From Obrimoposthia wandeli (lineage: Eukaryota): a stretch of DNA of 64,000 bases. The stretch's first letter is position 1, and the number at the start of each line of letters is the position of its first letter. Positions 22,356-32,026 of the stretch are shown piece by piece. Under the pieces are notes generated by a model, which was not told where the DNA came from, ran no database searches, and saw only the letters and a program-made list of their open reading frames with translations. The stretch is taken from contig CDROCS010000253.1 of NCBI GenBank assembly GCA_977020255.1, positions 806,001 to 870,000 on the forward strand, given 5' to 3'. The position numbers were made by a program, and so were the translations under genes.

Positions 22356-23474
22356 TTAAAAATTATAGGCTAGATGCTGATGAAATCTAATCATCATTTC
22401 TTCTTTAGTAGGCTCTATTTCAAGTTCTACCGCCATTAACTGCATTGCTTGTTCTATTTGATTTAAAAATCGACCAAAACCATGACCACTATTATTTTCA
22501 GGTGTTGCCACAAAGACGAGCTGAACATTATCAGTTAGCTCACCTGCACTCCATTTACTGACAATACCACATGGACTTTGCTCAGGATTGTAGCCTAACA
22601 TTTGCAGCTCACCCACTCGAGATACGATCTCATGAATACTGTATCTAACAATAGGCACTAAACCATTAGCAATCAACGCACCATTGTTTAGATTATAACG
22701 CTTTGCTGCCATAGTAAAAACATCAGTAAGGTACATATACAAAGGATTGTAAGGGTCTTTTGAATGACTATCTATTTCTACTTGTTGCAGTAACTCATTA
22801 CTAATATTCAAGGTAACCACAGCATAATTCATTGCGCTATGGTGGATTGGTACTGTCACGTTTTGACTAGCATAACGTTTATTAATTTCACGCAACGTAT
22901 GTGTTTGGGTAATTGTGCAACCTTTATTCTTAGCGAACAAATCGTAAGTAAGATGCTGATGATCTCTCAAACGCATATCGCTTTTATCTAGCTTAATCTT
23001 TTCACAAAATTTTTCGACAACTTGACTCACTTGATTATGAAAGCTGGCAGCATTAACTCGAATTTCATTACCTGTTGCTAAAAAGAGTAAACAAACTTTC
23101 TTCGCTCTTTTACTACCATCAAAAAACGATTTTTTAAGATGGTGACTCTCTGGGTTGTAATAAAACAAAATTTGCTGATTGGTTTGCCATTGATGCATTT
23201 CTTGACTGTATCTCACGCGTGCTAGTTTATCATTGGCAATAAACTGGCAATTATCTAGTGCTACTTCATCGGTTAATTCAAAAAATAATGCCGACAATTT
23301 CTGATAAAAGTCATAATATGGCTGCGGTTTTAAATCACTGTATTTTCCTGACAACTGCTGAAACAGTTCATCGGTCAAGGTAAATTCGGCTAAAATGTAT
23401 TGATTATCACGCACATTACCAGGCAAGTAAGCTTTGTGAGCGGCACTTCGTTTTCTAATAATTGACATCTTCAT
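22356..23474 (-). CDS. Conserved hypothetical protein (DUF3083-like)
   Basis: 372-aa ORF; the family name is from recall only. Confidence 0.55.
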   Translation of the reverse strand: MKMSIIRKRSAAHKAYLPGNVRDNQYILAEFTLTDELFQQLSGKYSDLKPQPYYDFYQKLSALFFELTDEVALDNCQFIANDKLARVRYSQEMHQWQTNQQILFYYNPESHHLKKSFFDGSKRAKKVCLLFLATGNEIRVNAASFHNQVSQVVEKFCEKIKLDKSDMRLRDHQHLTYDLFAKNKGCTITQTHTLREINKRYASQNVTVPIHHSAMNYAVVTLNISNELLQQVEIDSHSKDPYNPLYMYLTDVFTMAAKRYNLNNGALIANGLVPIVRYSIHEIVSRVGELQMLGYNPEQSPCGIVSKWSAGELTDNVQLVFVATPENNSGHGFGRFLNQIEQAMQLMAVELEIEPTKEEMMIRFHQHLAYNF

Positions 23475-23587
23475 CCCTAAATTTATTAACCTTTTACGAT
23501 GGGAGCAGTATAATGAGTGCCGATGAAGCTTTTGTGACGTAAATATGTCACTAATATGACAAGCATTTACGCGTAAAAGGACCTAAT

Positions 23588-23806
23588 TTGTTAAACGATC
23601 AACAAGCCCTGATTGAAGCTATTAATCAAACGATGCCTTTTGGCAAATATGCCGGTAGAAAACTACTACAATTGCCTGAACCCTATTTGGTTTGGTTTCA
23701 TAGCAAAGGTTTTCCTGAAGGGAAATTAGGACAACAATTAGCCTTGATGTATGAAGTAAAGCTCAATGGTTTAGAAGCCATGCTACAACCTTTATTACAT
23801 ACTTAA
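23588..23806 (+). CDS. DUF3820 family small protein
   Basis: MPFGKYAGRKLLQLPEPYLVWF...GFPEGKLG signature. Confidence 0.85.
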   Translation: MLNDQQALIEAINQTMPFGKYAGRKLLQLPEPYLVWFHSKGFPEGKLGQQLALMYEVKLNGLEAMLQPLLHT

Positions 23807-23809
23807 TAG

Positions 23810-24082
23810 TATACCCGCTCCACTTGAAGATGCTCGTTTCAGGAAGTCTGAGCGATTCATAATCAAGGCGCATTTTTTTATTAAGGGTTATTCAGGAGAA
23901 TGTGCTCCTGCATTCTCTAAGAAGCTACATCCATGTAGCGTCCTTAAAAAGAAATGTAACGTAGAGTATGATTTGCTCAGCCTTCCCCAAGGGCTGGTTT
24001 AGAAACGCTTTATGCTGCGTTATTGATTTCGACAATAGAATAACTATTCTCTTCAATCAATACCTTGCCTAAAGGCGTTTCT
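23810..24082. mobile_element. Second MITE copy: inverted, one end truncated, about 49-bp internal insert
   Basis: Begins TATACCCGCTCCACTTGAAGATGCTCG; 24015-24061 is the exact reverse complement of 15981-16027. Confidence 0.85.
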
Positions 24083-24442
24083 TACTCGTAGGAAAGAAAT
24101 TTTTTAGAGTGATTTTATCTATAAAAATAGTGTTGTTATTACTTCTGGCAATAACCCTTTAAACTGACTTAGCGCTAACAAATTGTTTTACCAAGACAAA
24201 CCTTTATGGTTGTAAATCGTACACTTTTTTTTATTTTCTGATTAGATTGTCCTCTCGTTACAATTATATTTTTTCGCTTGCATCACTTCCCAAAATCCTC
24301 TTAAATAACTCGTCGATTGATTAAAATTCATACCAAAAAATTGATTGGAAAATTTAATGAATCGACCACTCTGTAGTATTTAGTAATAACTTTTATCTAT
24401 TAACTTATTAGATAATTACGACATGTTTATGAGGTGTGTAAA

Positions 24443-24616
24443 ATGAAAAGACAAAAAAGAGATAAATTAGGTAGAGCGCATGCTAATGGATATCAGGCTG
24501 GCCTAGGTGGCAAAGCTAAAGAGCAGTGCCCTTATCAAAATCTTGAAGTAAAATCACAATGGTTAGGAGGTTGGCGAGAGGCCATTAGTGACAAGAACGT
24601 GGGAATGTTTAAATAA
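24443..24616 (+). CDS. rmf: Ribosome modulation factor
   Basis: MKRQKRDKLGRAHANGYQAG...CPY...WLGGWREA; GAGG RBS. Confidence 0.95.
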   Translation: MKRQKRDKLGRAHANGYQAGLGGKAKEQCPYQNLEVKSQWLGGWREAISDKNVGMFK

Positions 24617-24721
24617 AAAGAACTCGATTCGTTTACTACTTATCCCCGGACTTTAACGTTCGGGGATAAATATCGTCAACAAAATCGACTTAGCGATTAA
24701 ACCTGTAACTTAGCAAAGGGA

Positions 24722-26092
24722 TTAAATCACCCGAGAAAAGCGTTGCTGATTAATATGCCTTTTCATATAAGCATCAAAGCTCATACAAATAATGCGAATT
24801 AACAAACGAGCTTTTTGTTCTACCTTAATATAATTAGCATGATTCTCTACTAAACCATCATCAATAAAAGTAGTTAACAGTGGTAAATCCTCAGCAAAAT
24901 ATTCATCAAAGTTAATATTATACTTTTCACTAATGACTTTTTTATCTAGATACAAGTTACACATCAATTCTTGAATAACTTCACCACGTAAAATATCATC
25001 TTCAGATAAACTGACGCCTTTAATCTGGGCATGCTGTTTTTCTGTTATTGCTTGGTAATATTCTTTCAAATCTTTTATATTCTGGCTAAAGCTATTACCA
25101 ATCGAGCTAATTGATGACACACCTAGCCCCAATAAGTCACAGCCACCTTTCGTTGTGTAACCTTGGAAGTTACGATGTAAGGTGCCATCACTTTGCGCTA
25201 AGGCTAACTCATCGTTAGGTTTAGCAAAATGATCCATACCGATAAAGTCGTAACCAAAATCACAAAGCGTTTCTATAGCCAACTTCATTAAGGCGAATTT
25301 TTCTTGCGTATTAGGTAACCATTCATCACGTAACTTACGCTGTGCGGCAAAGCGGCTTGGTATATGGGCGTAACTAAACAGAGAGATTCGCTCAACATCC
25401 CACTCATGCGCTTTTACTAACGTTTTAGCAAAGTTCTCAAGCGTTTGATGCGGTAAGCCATAAATAAGATCAATATTAATCGACTTAAAGCCAACCTCTT
25501 TGGCGTGTTTAATAAAGTCACCAATGAACTCAGTTGACTGCACACGGTTAATAGCTTGTTGTACTTTTAAATCAAGATCCTGCACACCTAAACTCAAGCG
25601 ATTGAAACCTAATGAATATAAATGTTCAGCTAAGTCCATCTCAATTTCACGAGGGTCAATTTCAATACTCATTTCTAAATCATCTGAGAAATTAAACTTC
25701 TCTTTTAATAAGGATACAAGTTGAGTGATTTGTGGATGTGTTAAAAAGCTGGGTGTACCGCCGCCCCAATGTAGTTGTTTAACAGTATATTCTTCAAACA
25801 ATGGCGCCTGTAGCGCTATTTCTTGAGCTAAATATTCAAGGTAAGTATCGGCTTTGCCACGATGACGAGTAATAACTTTATTACAACCACAGTAATAACA
25901 AAGCGTATGACAAAATGGGATATGCACGTAAAGTGACAATTCGCGGTTTTGCGAGGTTTCTATCGCTTTAATAAAGTCATCATGTTTAAAATCTTCATGA
26001 AACTCTAACGCTGTTGGATAAGAGGTGTATCTTGGTCCGCTGGTGTTATATTTATTTAATAGCGCATTATCGAAGAATTGACTTACTTTCAT
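24722..26092 (-). CDS. hemN: Oxygen-independent coproporphyrinogen III oxidase
   Basis: GPRYTSYPTA, CHTLCYYCGC radical-SAM motif, HRNFQGYTT. Confidence 0.97.
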   Translation of the reverse strand: MKVSQFFDNALLNKYNTSGPRYTSYPTALEFHEDFKHDDFIKAIETSQNRELSLYVHIPFCHTLCYYCGCNKVITRHRGKADTYLEYLAQEIALQAPLFEEYTVKQLHWGGGTPSFLTHPQITQLVSLLKEKFNFSDDLEMSIEIDPREIEMDLAEHLYSLGFNRLSLGVQDLDLKVQQAINRVQSTEFIGDFIKHAKEVGFKSINIDLIYGLPHQTLENFAKTLVKAHEWDVERISLFSYAHIPSRFAAQRKLRDEWLPNTQEKFALMKLAIETLCDFGYDFIGMDHFAKPNDELALAQSDGTLHRNFQGYTTKGGCDLLGLGVSSISSIGNSFSQNIKDLKEYYQAITEKQHAQIKGVSLSEDDILRGEVIQELMCNLYLDKKVISEKYNINFDEYFAEDLPLLTTFIDDGLVENHANYIKVEQKARLLIRIICMSFDAYMKRHINQQRFSRVI

Positions 26093-26125
26093 ATTTTCAT
26101 ACCGTTTTATTTAGTGAACGAAAAT

Positions 26126-26166
26126 ATTATAGCCTTTTATAATTTGTACGCATTGATCAAGCGCAA
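26126..26166 (-). promoter_or_regulatory. Putative FNR-type class II promoter of hemN
   Basis: TTGATCAAGCGCAA at 26153-26166 and minus-strand TATAAT at 26131-26126. Confidence 0.55.
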
Positions 26167-26210
26167 TAACAGACCTTATTAAGATCTGTTATTGGTAACA
26201 AGTAATGGTG

Positions 26211-26699
26211 CTAAGGAGTGAGATGAGCAAGCTGCTCAGTGGTGAACTGATAAAGCTCACCCAAATCAGTCACAATCTCATCATGCCTTTTGTTTAATAC
26301 TGTCATGCGTTGATAATCTTCACGCATACGATCTTTTTTCGTTAGTGTTTTACGTGCATCAAGAATAGCGAGGTCTTTAATTTCATCATATAAACCAAAA
26401 ATTCCCGGAAATTTATCAGATACTTCCGTTAATGTTTTCAATGAAGACAACAATACCGACAAACGCCAGCAACCTTCATCAAACTCACATTGCTCTTCCT
26501 GCATAGCACGCGTAATTAATAACACACTATCAAATATTTTTTTATCGTGCTTATTTAGTGCTTGCTGTTGTGCCAATTTTGCTTGTGCTTGTTGCTCTTT
26601 TTGTTGGGTTACTTGTTTTAATAACTTACCCGCATAAACTGCTAAGGCAAGCACAAGAATAACACCAAGTAACAAAGCATAAAGCCAAAAATCACCCAT
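26211..26699 (-). CDS. DUF2489-like protein
   Basis: N-terminal TM, EQCEFDEGCWRL; lies between yihI and hemN. Confidence 0.7.
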   Translation of the reverse strand: MGDFWLYALLLGVILVLALAVYAGKLLKQVTQQKEQQAQAKLAQQQALNKHDKKIFDSVLLITRAMQEEQCEFDEGCWRLSVLLSSLKTLTEVSDKFPGIFGLYDEIKDLAILDARKTLTKKDRMREDYQRMTVLNKRHDEIVTDLGELYQFTTEQLAHLTP

Positions 26700-26704
26700 T
26701 GATG

Positions 26705-27337
26705 TTACTCTTTCTCTTCAAAATCTGAAAAATCTGGGCGATCTAACTTATCCCATAAATCATCTTCGCTGTCATCGTTATTAGATACATCGTTATCACT
26801 AGCGTCGTCATCTTCATCGAGACCTAATTCAGCCGATAATGCTTGATGACGTTCCATCTTCTCATTGTAGTAATCAACTTCTTGCTCTGTTAAAGCAATA
26901 TCATCTTCTTGCTTGGCTAAAATTGTTTGCAACGTTTCATCTTGCTCAATTGCATCTAATTCTTGCTCTGGTGATAACTCAACAACGGTGGCCTCAACAA
27001 CTGTATTCTCAACAAAACGAACACTCGCAATAGGCGCTAATTTCTGGCTGGCTTGTTTCGCTTTTGCTTGTTTAGCTTTTTCTACTTTAGCTTTTTCGGC
27101 TTTAGTAATTATTTTACCTAAAACAATCGGTGTTTTATTACCAAGGCGCGGATCTTTATTAGCCCCTTTCTGATTACTATCAGTTTGCTCTGGCATTGCT
27201 TCTTTTTGACGGTTGCCCGGCATCTTACCCGTTGTTTTACGGGTACGTTTCTCAACTTTTTCTAATTCTTGCTTACTTAACTTAGGTTTAGCTGTCGGTG
27301 CTCCACCTGGTTTTCTAGATTTTTTTGAACGGGACAT
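26705..27337 (-). CDS. yihI: Der GTPase-activating protein YihI
   Basis: KDPRLGNKTPIVL motif, basic N-terminus, acidic C-terminus, synteny with hemN. Confidence 0.88.
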   Translation of the reverse strand: MSRSKKSRKPGGAPTAKPKLSKQELEKVEKRTRKTTGKMPGNRQKEAMPEQTDSNQKGANKDPRLGNKTPIVLGKIITKAEKAKVEKAKQAKAKQASQKLAPIASVRFVENTVVEATVVELSPEQELDAIEQDETLQTILAKQEDDIALTEQEVDYYNEKMERHQALSAELGLDEDDDASDNDVSNNDDSEDDLWDKLDRPDFSDFEEKE

Positions 27338-27420
27338 AGATACAGTTACTTTTTTACTAATAATGTCAGCTATTTTACGTTATTAATGGCTGAAAAACCT
27401 TAAAAAGCAGAAAAAAGACA

Positions 27421-27449
27421 CAAAAAAAGCGCCAAAAGGCGCTTTTTTA
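27421..27449. terminator. Terminator between the hypothetical gene and yihI
   Basis: AAAAAAAGCGCC-AAAA-GGCGCTTTTTT. Confidence 0.8.
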
Positions 27450-27461
27450 AAAGAGAATAGC

Positions 27462-27728
27462 TTAAAGACGAATTTGAATCTTTGGGTGAGTATTTATTTC
27501 TCCCCCTTTAGTGATCACAGCGATGTTCTCATTACAGCTTAGTACTGCCACATGAGTATCATGTAAATCTCTAATAAAATTAAGCTTATAGCCAAATTGC
27601 GCTAAGCTGCTGGCAGCAAATTTCTGTGCCAATGTTAAACCTTTCCAAAGTTCATCTGTATCCTCCAACATTTCCTGTCGGCGTTCTAACAGATCTTCTC
27701 TCTGTTCCCTCTGTATTGCTACATTCAT
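27462..27728 (-). CDS. Conserved hypothetical protein
   Basis: 88-aa ORF with a GGAAGGGA RBS-like sequence upstream and a terminator downstream. Confidence 0.7.
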   Translation of the reverse strand: MNVAIQREQREDLLERRQEMLEDTDELWKGLTLAQKFAASSLAQFGYKLNFIRDLHDTHVAVLSCNENIAVITKGGEINTHPKIQIRL

Positions 27729-27901
27729 AATTTCCCTTCCTAGTCCAATTATGATTTAGTTAAACTTAATTGTTTCTATTATCAAATAATATTTTGCATG
27801 AAAGTTAACCTACTTTACATGTAACATCAATAGCGATTAAACTAACTGCTTTGAATTAATTGGTGTTTAGCTACATTGTCTTTGATATATAAGGTTAAAA
27901 A

Positions 27902-28759
27902 ATGACACGTGTATTAGATGAATTATCGGCGTTATTGAAATTAGAAGTCATTGAACAAGGCATCTATCGTGGACAAAGCCAAGATTTAGGCTATAAAGCT
28001 CTCTTTGGCGGCCAAGTTATGGGTCAAGCCCTTTCAGCGGCTCATGAAACAATTGCAGCTAATCGTTTTGTACATTCACTGCATTCTTATTTTTTACGCC
28101 CGGGGGATGCTAGCTTACCCGTTGTTTATGAAGTAGAAAACATTCGTGATGGTGCAAGTTTTAGCACCCGCAGAGTACAAGCAATTCAAAATGGCAAAGC
28201 CATCTTTTATATGACAGCGTCTTTTCAACATGCTGAAGCAGGCTTTGATCATCAAGATAACATGCCTGATGTAGCTGCTCCTGAAGATCTTCTGTCATTT
28301 ACCGATTATATAAAAGCCAACCAAGATTCTATACCTAAATCACTGCGCGAAAAATTTCTAGCTGAAAAACCTATTGATATACGTCCAGTTCAACAATATA
28401 GCTGGTTACACCCAACTCCAACAGATTCTGCGAGCCAAATGTGGATAAAGGCCAATGGTGATTTACCTGATGATTTAGGCATACATACCTATATGCTAGC
28501 TTATACGTCAGATTTTCATTTTTTACCGACGGCATTATTACCTCACGGCGCAAGTCATTGGCAACCTAACTTCCAAATTGCCACCATAGATCACGCAATG
28601 TGGTTTCATCGACCATTTCGCTTTGATGATTGGTTACTTTATTGTATGGATAGTCCATCTGCAAGTAATGGTCGCGGACTAGTGAGAGGGCAAATATATA
28701 ATCGTCAAGGCGAGTTAGTCGCTTCTACAATGCAAGAAGGTGTGATCAGACAACGGTAA
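27902..28759 (+). CDS. tesB: Acyl-CoA thioesterase II
   Basis: LFGGQVMGQAL, HSLHSYFLRPG, ATIDHAMWFHRPF, MQEGVIR. Confidence 0.96.
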   Translation: MTRVLDELSALLKLEVIEQGIYRGQSQDLGYKALFGGQVMGQALSAAHETIAANRFVHSLHSYFLRPGDASLPVVYEVENIRDGASFSTRRVQAIQNGKAIFYMTASFQHAEAGFDHQDNMPDVAAPEDLLSFTDYIKANQDSIPKSLREKFLAEKPIDIRPVQQYSWLHPTPTDSASQMWIKANGDLPDDLGIHTYMLAYTSDFHFLPTALLPHGASHWQPNFQIATIDHAMWFHRPFRFDDWLLYCMDSPSASNGRGLVRGQIYNRQGELVASTMQEGVIRQR

Positions 28760-28813
28760 CTATCACTTTTAATAATATGACTATATCATTTATAGTCATT
28801 TTATTTTTTAGTG

Positions 28814-29365
28814 TTATTTTTCCCGTGATCTATTGTTTAATGCTTTACGTTTTCCCACCGCTAGTGAAGTCACTCGCGCTTTTAATACCGGCTCTAAACC
28901 CAGCATAAAGTACACTTCGGCCATTAAAAATAATGGCCCTATGAAAAACTGACTTAAATCATCGACAAAAGCCGGTTTAGCTTTTTCATAATAATGACCA
29001 ATAAACTGAATAATCCAACCAATAACAAATAAGCCCAATGCGATATAGATCAAACCTGCTGTACCACTAACTAATTGCGCAATTATCAAGTTAATTAATA
29101 TATATACCATCATGCCCAATGCCAATAAACGATGCAAAAAAATATAATAAAGAGCCACGACAGAAAAGATAACCATAGCTAAAGTAAAGTGCAGAGTAAC
29201 CGGAATACTAAAAACATCATCCATAGATATTTCAAAGATAATAGTGCTCAACATCAGTGTTACCGCTAACACGATCAAAGGCACACCAATAAAATGCGTG
29301 TTAATATTTCTCTGATTCAAGTGCACACTTTTATAACGTGCTAATTGCTCTTCAATTGACTTCAT
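28814..29365 (-). CDS. Mpo1/DUF962 family membrane protein
   Basis: HLNQRNINTHFIGVP and QFIGHYYEKAKPAF His motifs. Confidence 0.85.
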   Translation of the reverse strand: MKSIEEQLARYKSVHLNQRNINTHFIGVPLIVLAVTLMLSTIIFEISMDDVFSIPVTLHFTLAMVIFSVVALYYIFLHRLLALGMMVYILINLIIAQLVSGTAGLIYIALGLFVIGWIIQFIGHYYEKAKPAFVDDLSQFFIGPLFLMAEVYFMLGLEPVLKARVTSLAVGKRKALNNRSREK

Positions 29366-29376
29366 TTAAGTACTCG

Positions 29377-30630
29377 TTATGAATGCTGTTGCCAATCATG
29401 TCCACTTGGGTGCTGAAAGACTCGTAAATCAAACTGTGGCGCAATGGCAAAAAGGTGATCAAAAATATCGGCTTGGATTGTCTCGTAAGCACTCCAATCA
29501 GTGGTGTTAGCAAAACAGTAAACCTCCAGAGGCAAACCTGTCTGCGTCGCTGTTAACTGCCTAACCATACACGTCAAATCATTACGAATATGTGTGTTTT
29601 GTTGTAAGTATTTAGTGATATAAGCGCGAAAAGTTCCTATGTTAGTCAGTTGTCGACTATTAAGAGAAGTAAACGATTGGGCAACCTCGTCACTGTTTTT
29701 GTCTTGTTCACTTAATGCCAGCTCTTGTTTTTTATTACTAAGATAATCTTGTAATAAATGCGCATTAGTAAGCTGATTTATTTTTTCCGCACTGTAAAAA
29801 TCAATACTGGCAAGATCAATAATAATAGTACGTTTAATACGCCGTGCGCCTGTATGGTACATATTACGCCAGTTTTTAAAAGAATCACTAATCAGCGCGT
29901 AAGTCGGTACTGTGGTAATAGTTTTATCAAAGTTTTCTATTTTTACTGTACTTAACCCTATTTCTAGCACATCGCCATCAGCACCATATTTGGGTAACTC
30001 AATCCAGTCACCTGCAACGACCATTCGATTCGCTGAGATTTGAATACTAGCGACCAAACCTTTAATAGTGTCTTGAAAAACCAATAATAATACCGCGGTC
30101 AAAGCACCTAAACCACTTAATAAATAGACAGGTGAACGGTCAATTACCAGCGAAATAATGATAATACTGGCCACTAAATATAATGCTAACTTAAAAATTT
30201 GAATAATAGCATTTAACGGTAAAAATCGCTGTTTGGCACTTTCTTGATAGATGCTTCTACTCACATTAAGTAAGGCGCTAATACAACGTGCTATTTGAAA
30301 GGTAAGTAACACCTTACTTAATAGAATGAGTAAGGTACTAGTGATACTATTGGCTGCTAAAATAAGTGGCGTTAAAAAGAGTATTAAGACAAACGGCAAC
30401 AGTAAAGTCATGCGACTGAGCACGCCATGCTCGATCAAAGCATCATCCCAGGTATTTTTACTCTTAATAATGACCTTATTAATTAAGTTTAAAACTTGAT
30501 GTTTTGCAACATAATAACTTAGGCTTGAAATCAAAAAAATCACACCAATACCTACGGCAATGGCACTACTGGCTAAATATTTCGAGCTGAGGCCTTGTTC
30601 ACTCAGCCAAATACTGATCAGTTCATTCAT
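29377..30630 (-). CDS. Mechanosensitive channel, MscS family (YbdG-like)
   Basis: GDWIELPKYGADGDV, TVKIENFDKTITTVPTY, NWRNM, GLPLEVYCF. Confidence 0.9.
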   Translation of the reverse strand: MNELISIWLSEQGLSSKYLASSAIAVGIGVIFLISSLSYYVAKHQVLNLINKVIIKSKNTWDDALIEHGVLSRMTLLLPFVLILFLTPLILAANSITSTLLILLSKVLLTFQIARCISALLNVSRSIYQESAKQRFLPLNAIIQIFKLALYLVASIIIISLVIDRSPVYLLSGLGALTAVLLLVFQDTIKGLVASIQISANRMVVAGDWIELPKYGADGDVLEIGLSTVKIENFDKTITTVPTYALISDSFKNWRNMYHTGARRIKRTIIIDLASIDFYSAEKINQLTNAHLLQDYLSNKKQELALSEQDKNSDEVAQSFTSLNSRQLTNIGTFRAYITKYLQQNTHIRNDLTCMVRQLTATQTGLPLEVYCFANTTDWSAYETIQADIFDHLFAIAPQFDLRVFQHPSGHDWQQHS

Positions 30631-30691
30631 ACACGTCTCCTGTCATAATATGACAAGTAAATTAGCTTAGGGGTGGATCAAGCGTTAAAAT

Positions 30692-31603
30692 TTATTCATC
30701 ACTTTGAGCGTGATGTTGTAGTCTCATTTTCTCAAGTCTTGCATCTTTATCATGCCAAAATTGCGTTAACCACTTTTGCACAGCAACTCTATCATTACGA
30801 TCTGAAAAATCGATATGACCCAGTTCACTAGCAATATCTAAAGTATGAATATCAATGTGCACTGTTCCCACTTGGCCATAGACAAAATCACTAAAGTTTG
30901 GGATACCCTCTGGGTAATAAATAGTAACATCAACAATTTTAGTCAAATGCTCTCCCATAGCATCCAAAACAAAAGAAAAACCACCGGATTTAGGCTTTAA
31001 TAAATGTTGAAAAGGTGAATTTTGTTTGTCATGTTTTTTTTGACTAAAACGCGTACCTTCAATAAAATTCATGATACTCACTGGCTTGTGCTTAAACTTA
31101 GCACACGCTTTTCGCGTTGTTGCTAAGTCTTTACCACGCAAGTGAGGATTTTTCTTCAAAAAAGCTTGGCTATATCGCTTCATAAAAGGAAAATCAAGCG
31201 CCCACCAAGCCAACCCCAGTAGTGGTACATAAATGAGTTCTTTTTTTAAGAAGAACTTTAAAAAGGGAATATTTCCGTGTAAAGCCCGTTGTAAAACGAC
31301 AATATCAACCCAGCTTTGATGATTTGCTAACACCAAATACCAATCATTAATTTTAAGCGCTTCTAAACCTGTCACTACAATATTTGTTTTAGTAAATATA
31401 TTTTGAATAATGCTATTGGTCGCAACCCAATTACTTGCCATCAAATCAAGTAAATAACTAAATGTTTTTTGTGAAAAATCTAATGGAATTAATGCCTTAA
31501 ATAGTGAAAAAACTAAAATAGGCAACAGCCAAAATAGTGTATTCAGGATATAGAGGGAGAAAGATATAAAACCGATCAATTTGGCAGGTAAGAAATTTAG
31601 CAT
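30692..31603 (-). CDS. PlsC-family acyltransferase (YihG-like)
   Basis: NHQSWVD, FFLKKEL, FIEGTR. Confidence 0.9.
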   Translation of the reverse strand: MLNFLPAKLIGFISFSLYILNTLFWLLPILVFSLFKALIPLDFSQKTFSYLLDLMASNWVATNSIIQNIFTKTNIVVTGLEALKINDWYLVLANHQSWVDIVVLQRALHGNIPFLKFFLKKELIYVPLLGLAWWALDFPFMKRYSQAFLKKNPHLRGKDLATTRKACAKFKHKPVSIMNFIEGTRFSQKKHDKQNSPFQHLLKPKSGGFSFVLDAMGEHLTKIVDVTIYYPEGIPNFSDFVYGQVGTVHIDIHTLDIASELGHIDFSDRNDRVAVQKWLTQFWHDKDARLEKMRLQHHAQSDE

Positions 31604-31712
31604 ATCTTGATAATAACTAATAATAGATAAGTGACACGGATAGCGTCATTTAATCATGATTCAGCTAATAATTAAATTTTTTTATTAGCTACTCACCTAG
31701 CAATCATTTTCA

Positions 31713-31806
31713 TATACCCGTTATTAATCAATATATACCCAAGCTACATGAAGCCTCAAGTGACTTGGGTATACATGTTTAAGCACTTTGAATGCTAACG
31801 GGTATA
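31713..31806. repeat. 94-bp ERIC-like element with nested inner inverted repeat
   Basis: Outer TATACCCGTTA...TAACGGGTATA; inner TATACCCAAG...CTTGGGTATA at 31734-31773. Confidence 0.75.
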
Positions 31807-32026
31807 AAATACAACATGAACAAAAAGCGATCATTTTTATTTTATAACAAAGTAATTTAGTATTTTGTACTGACATAAAGCTATAAAACACATGGTTCAT
31901 CACATATACATTATAAAACGACCAAAAGTATACGTTTTATCTCTACTAATAGTGAATATTTCCCTTATCAATTGAGTTTTTACTCAATTTGTTGCATACT
32001 GAAGAAGGATCATAATAGGAGATAAA

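Noticed and set aside
23533-23552. TGTGA...TCACT as a CRP site
   Set aside because: The spacer is 10 nt, not the 6 nt CRP requires.
24640-24669. TTATCCCCG...CGGGGATAA hairpin resembling a type I-E CRISPR repeat
   Set aside because: Single copy, no spacers, no cas genes; it is a hairpin between convergent rmf and hemN.
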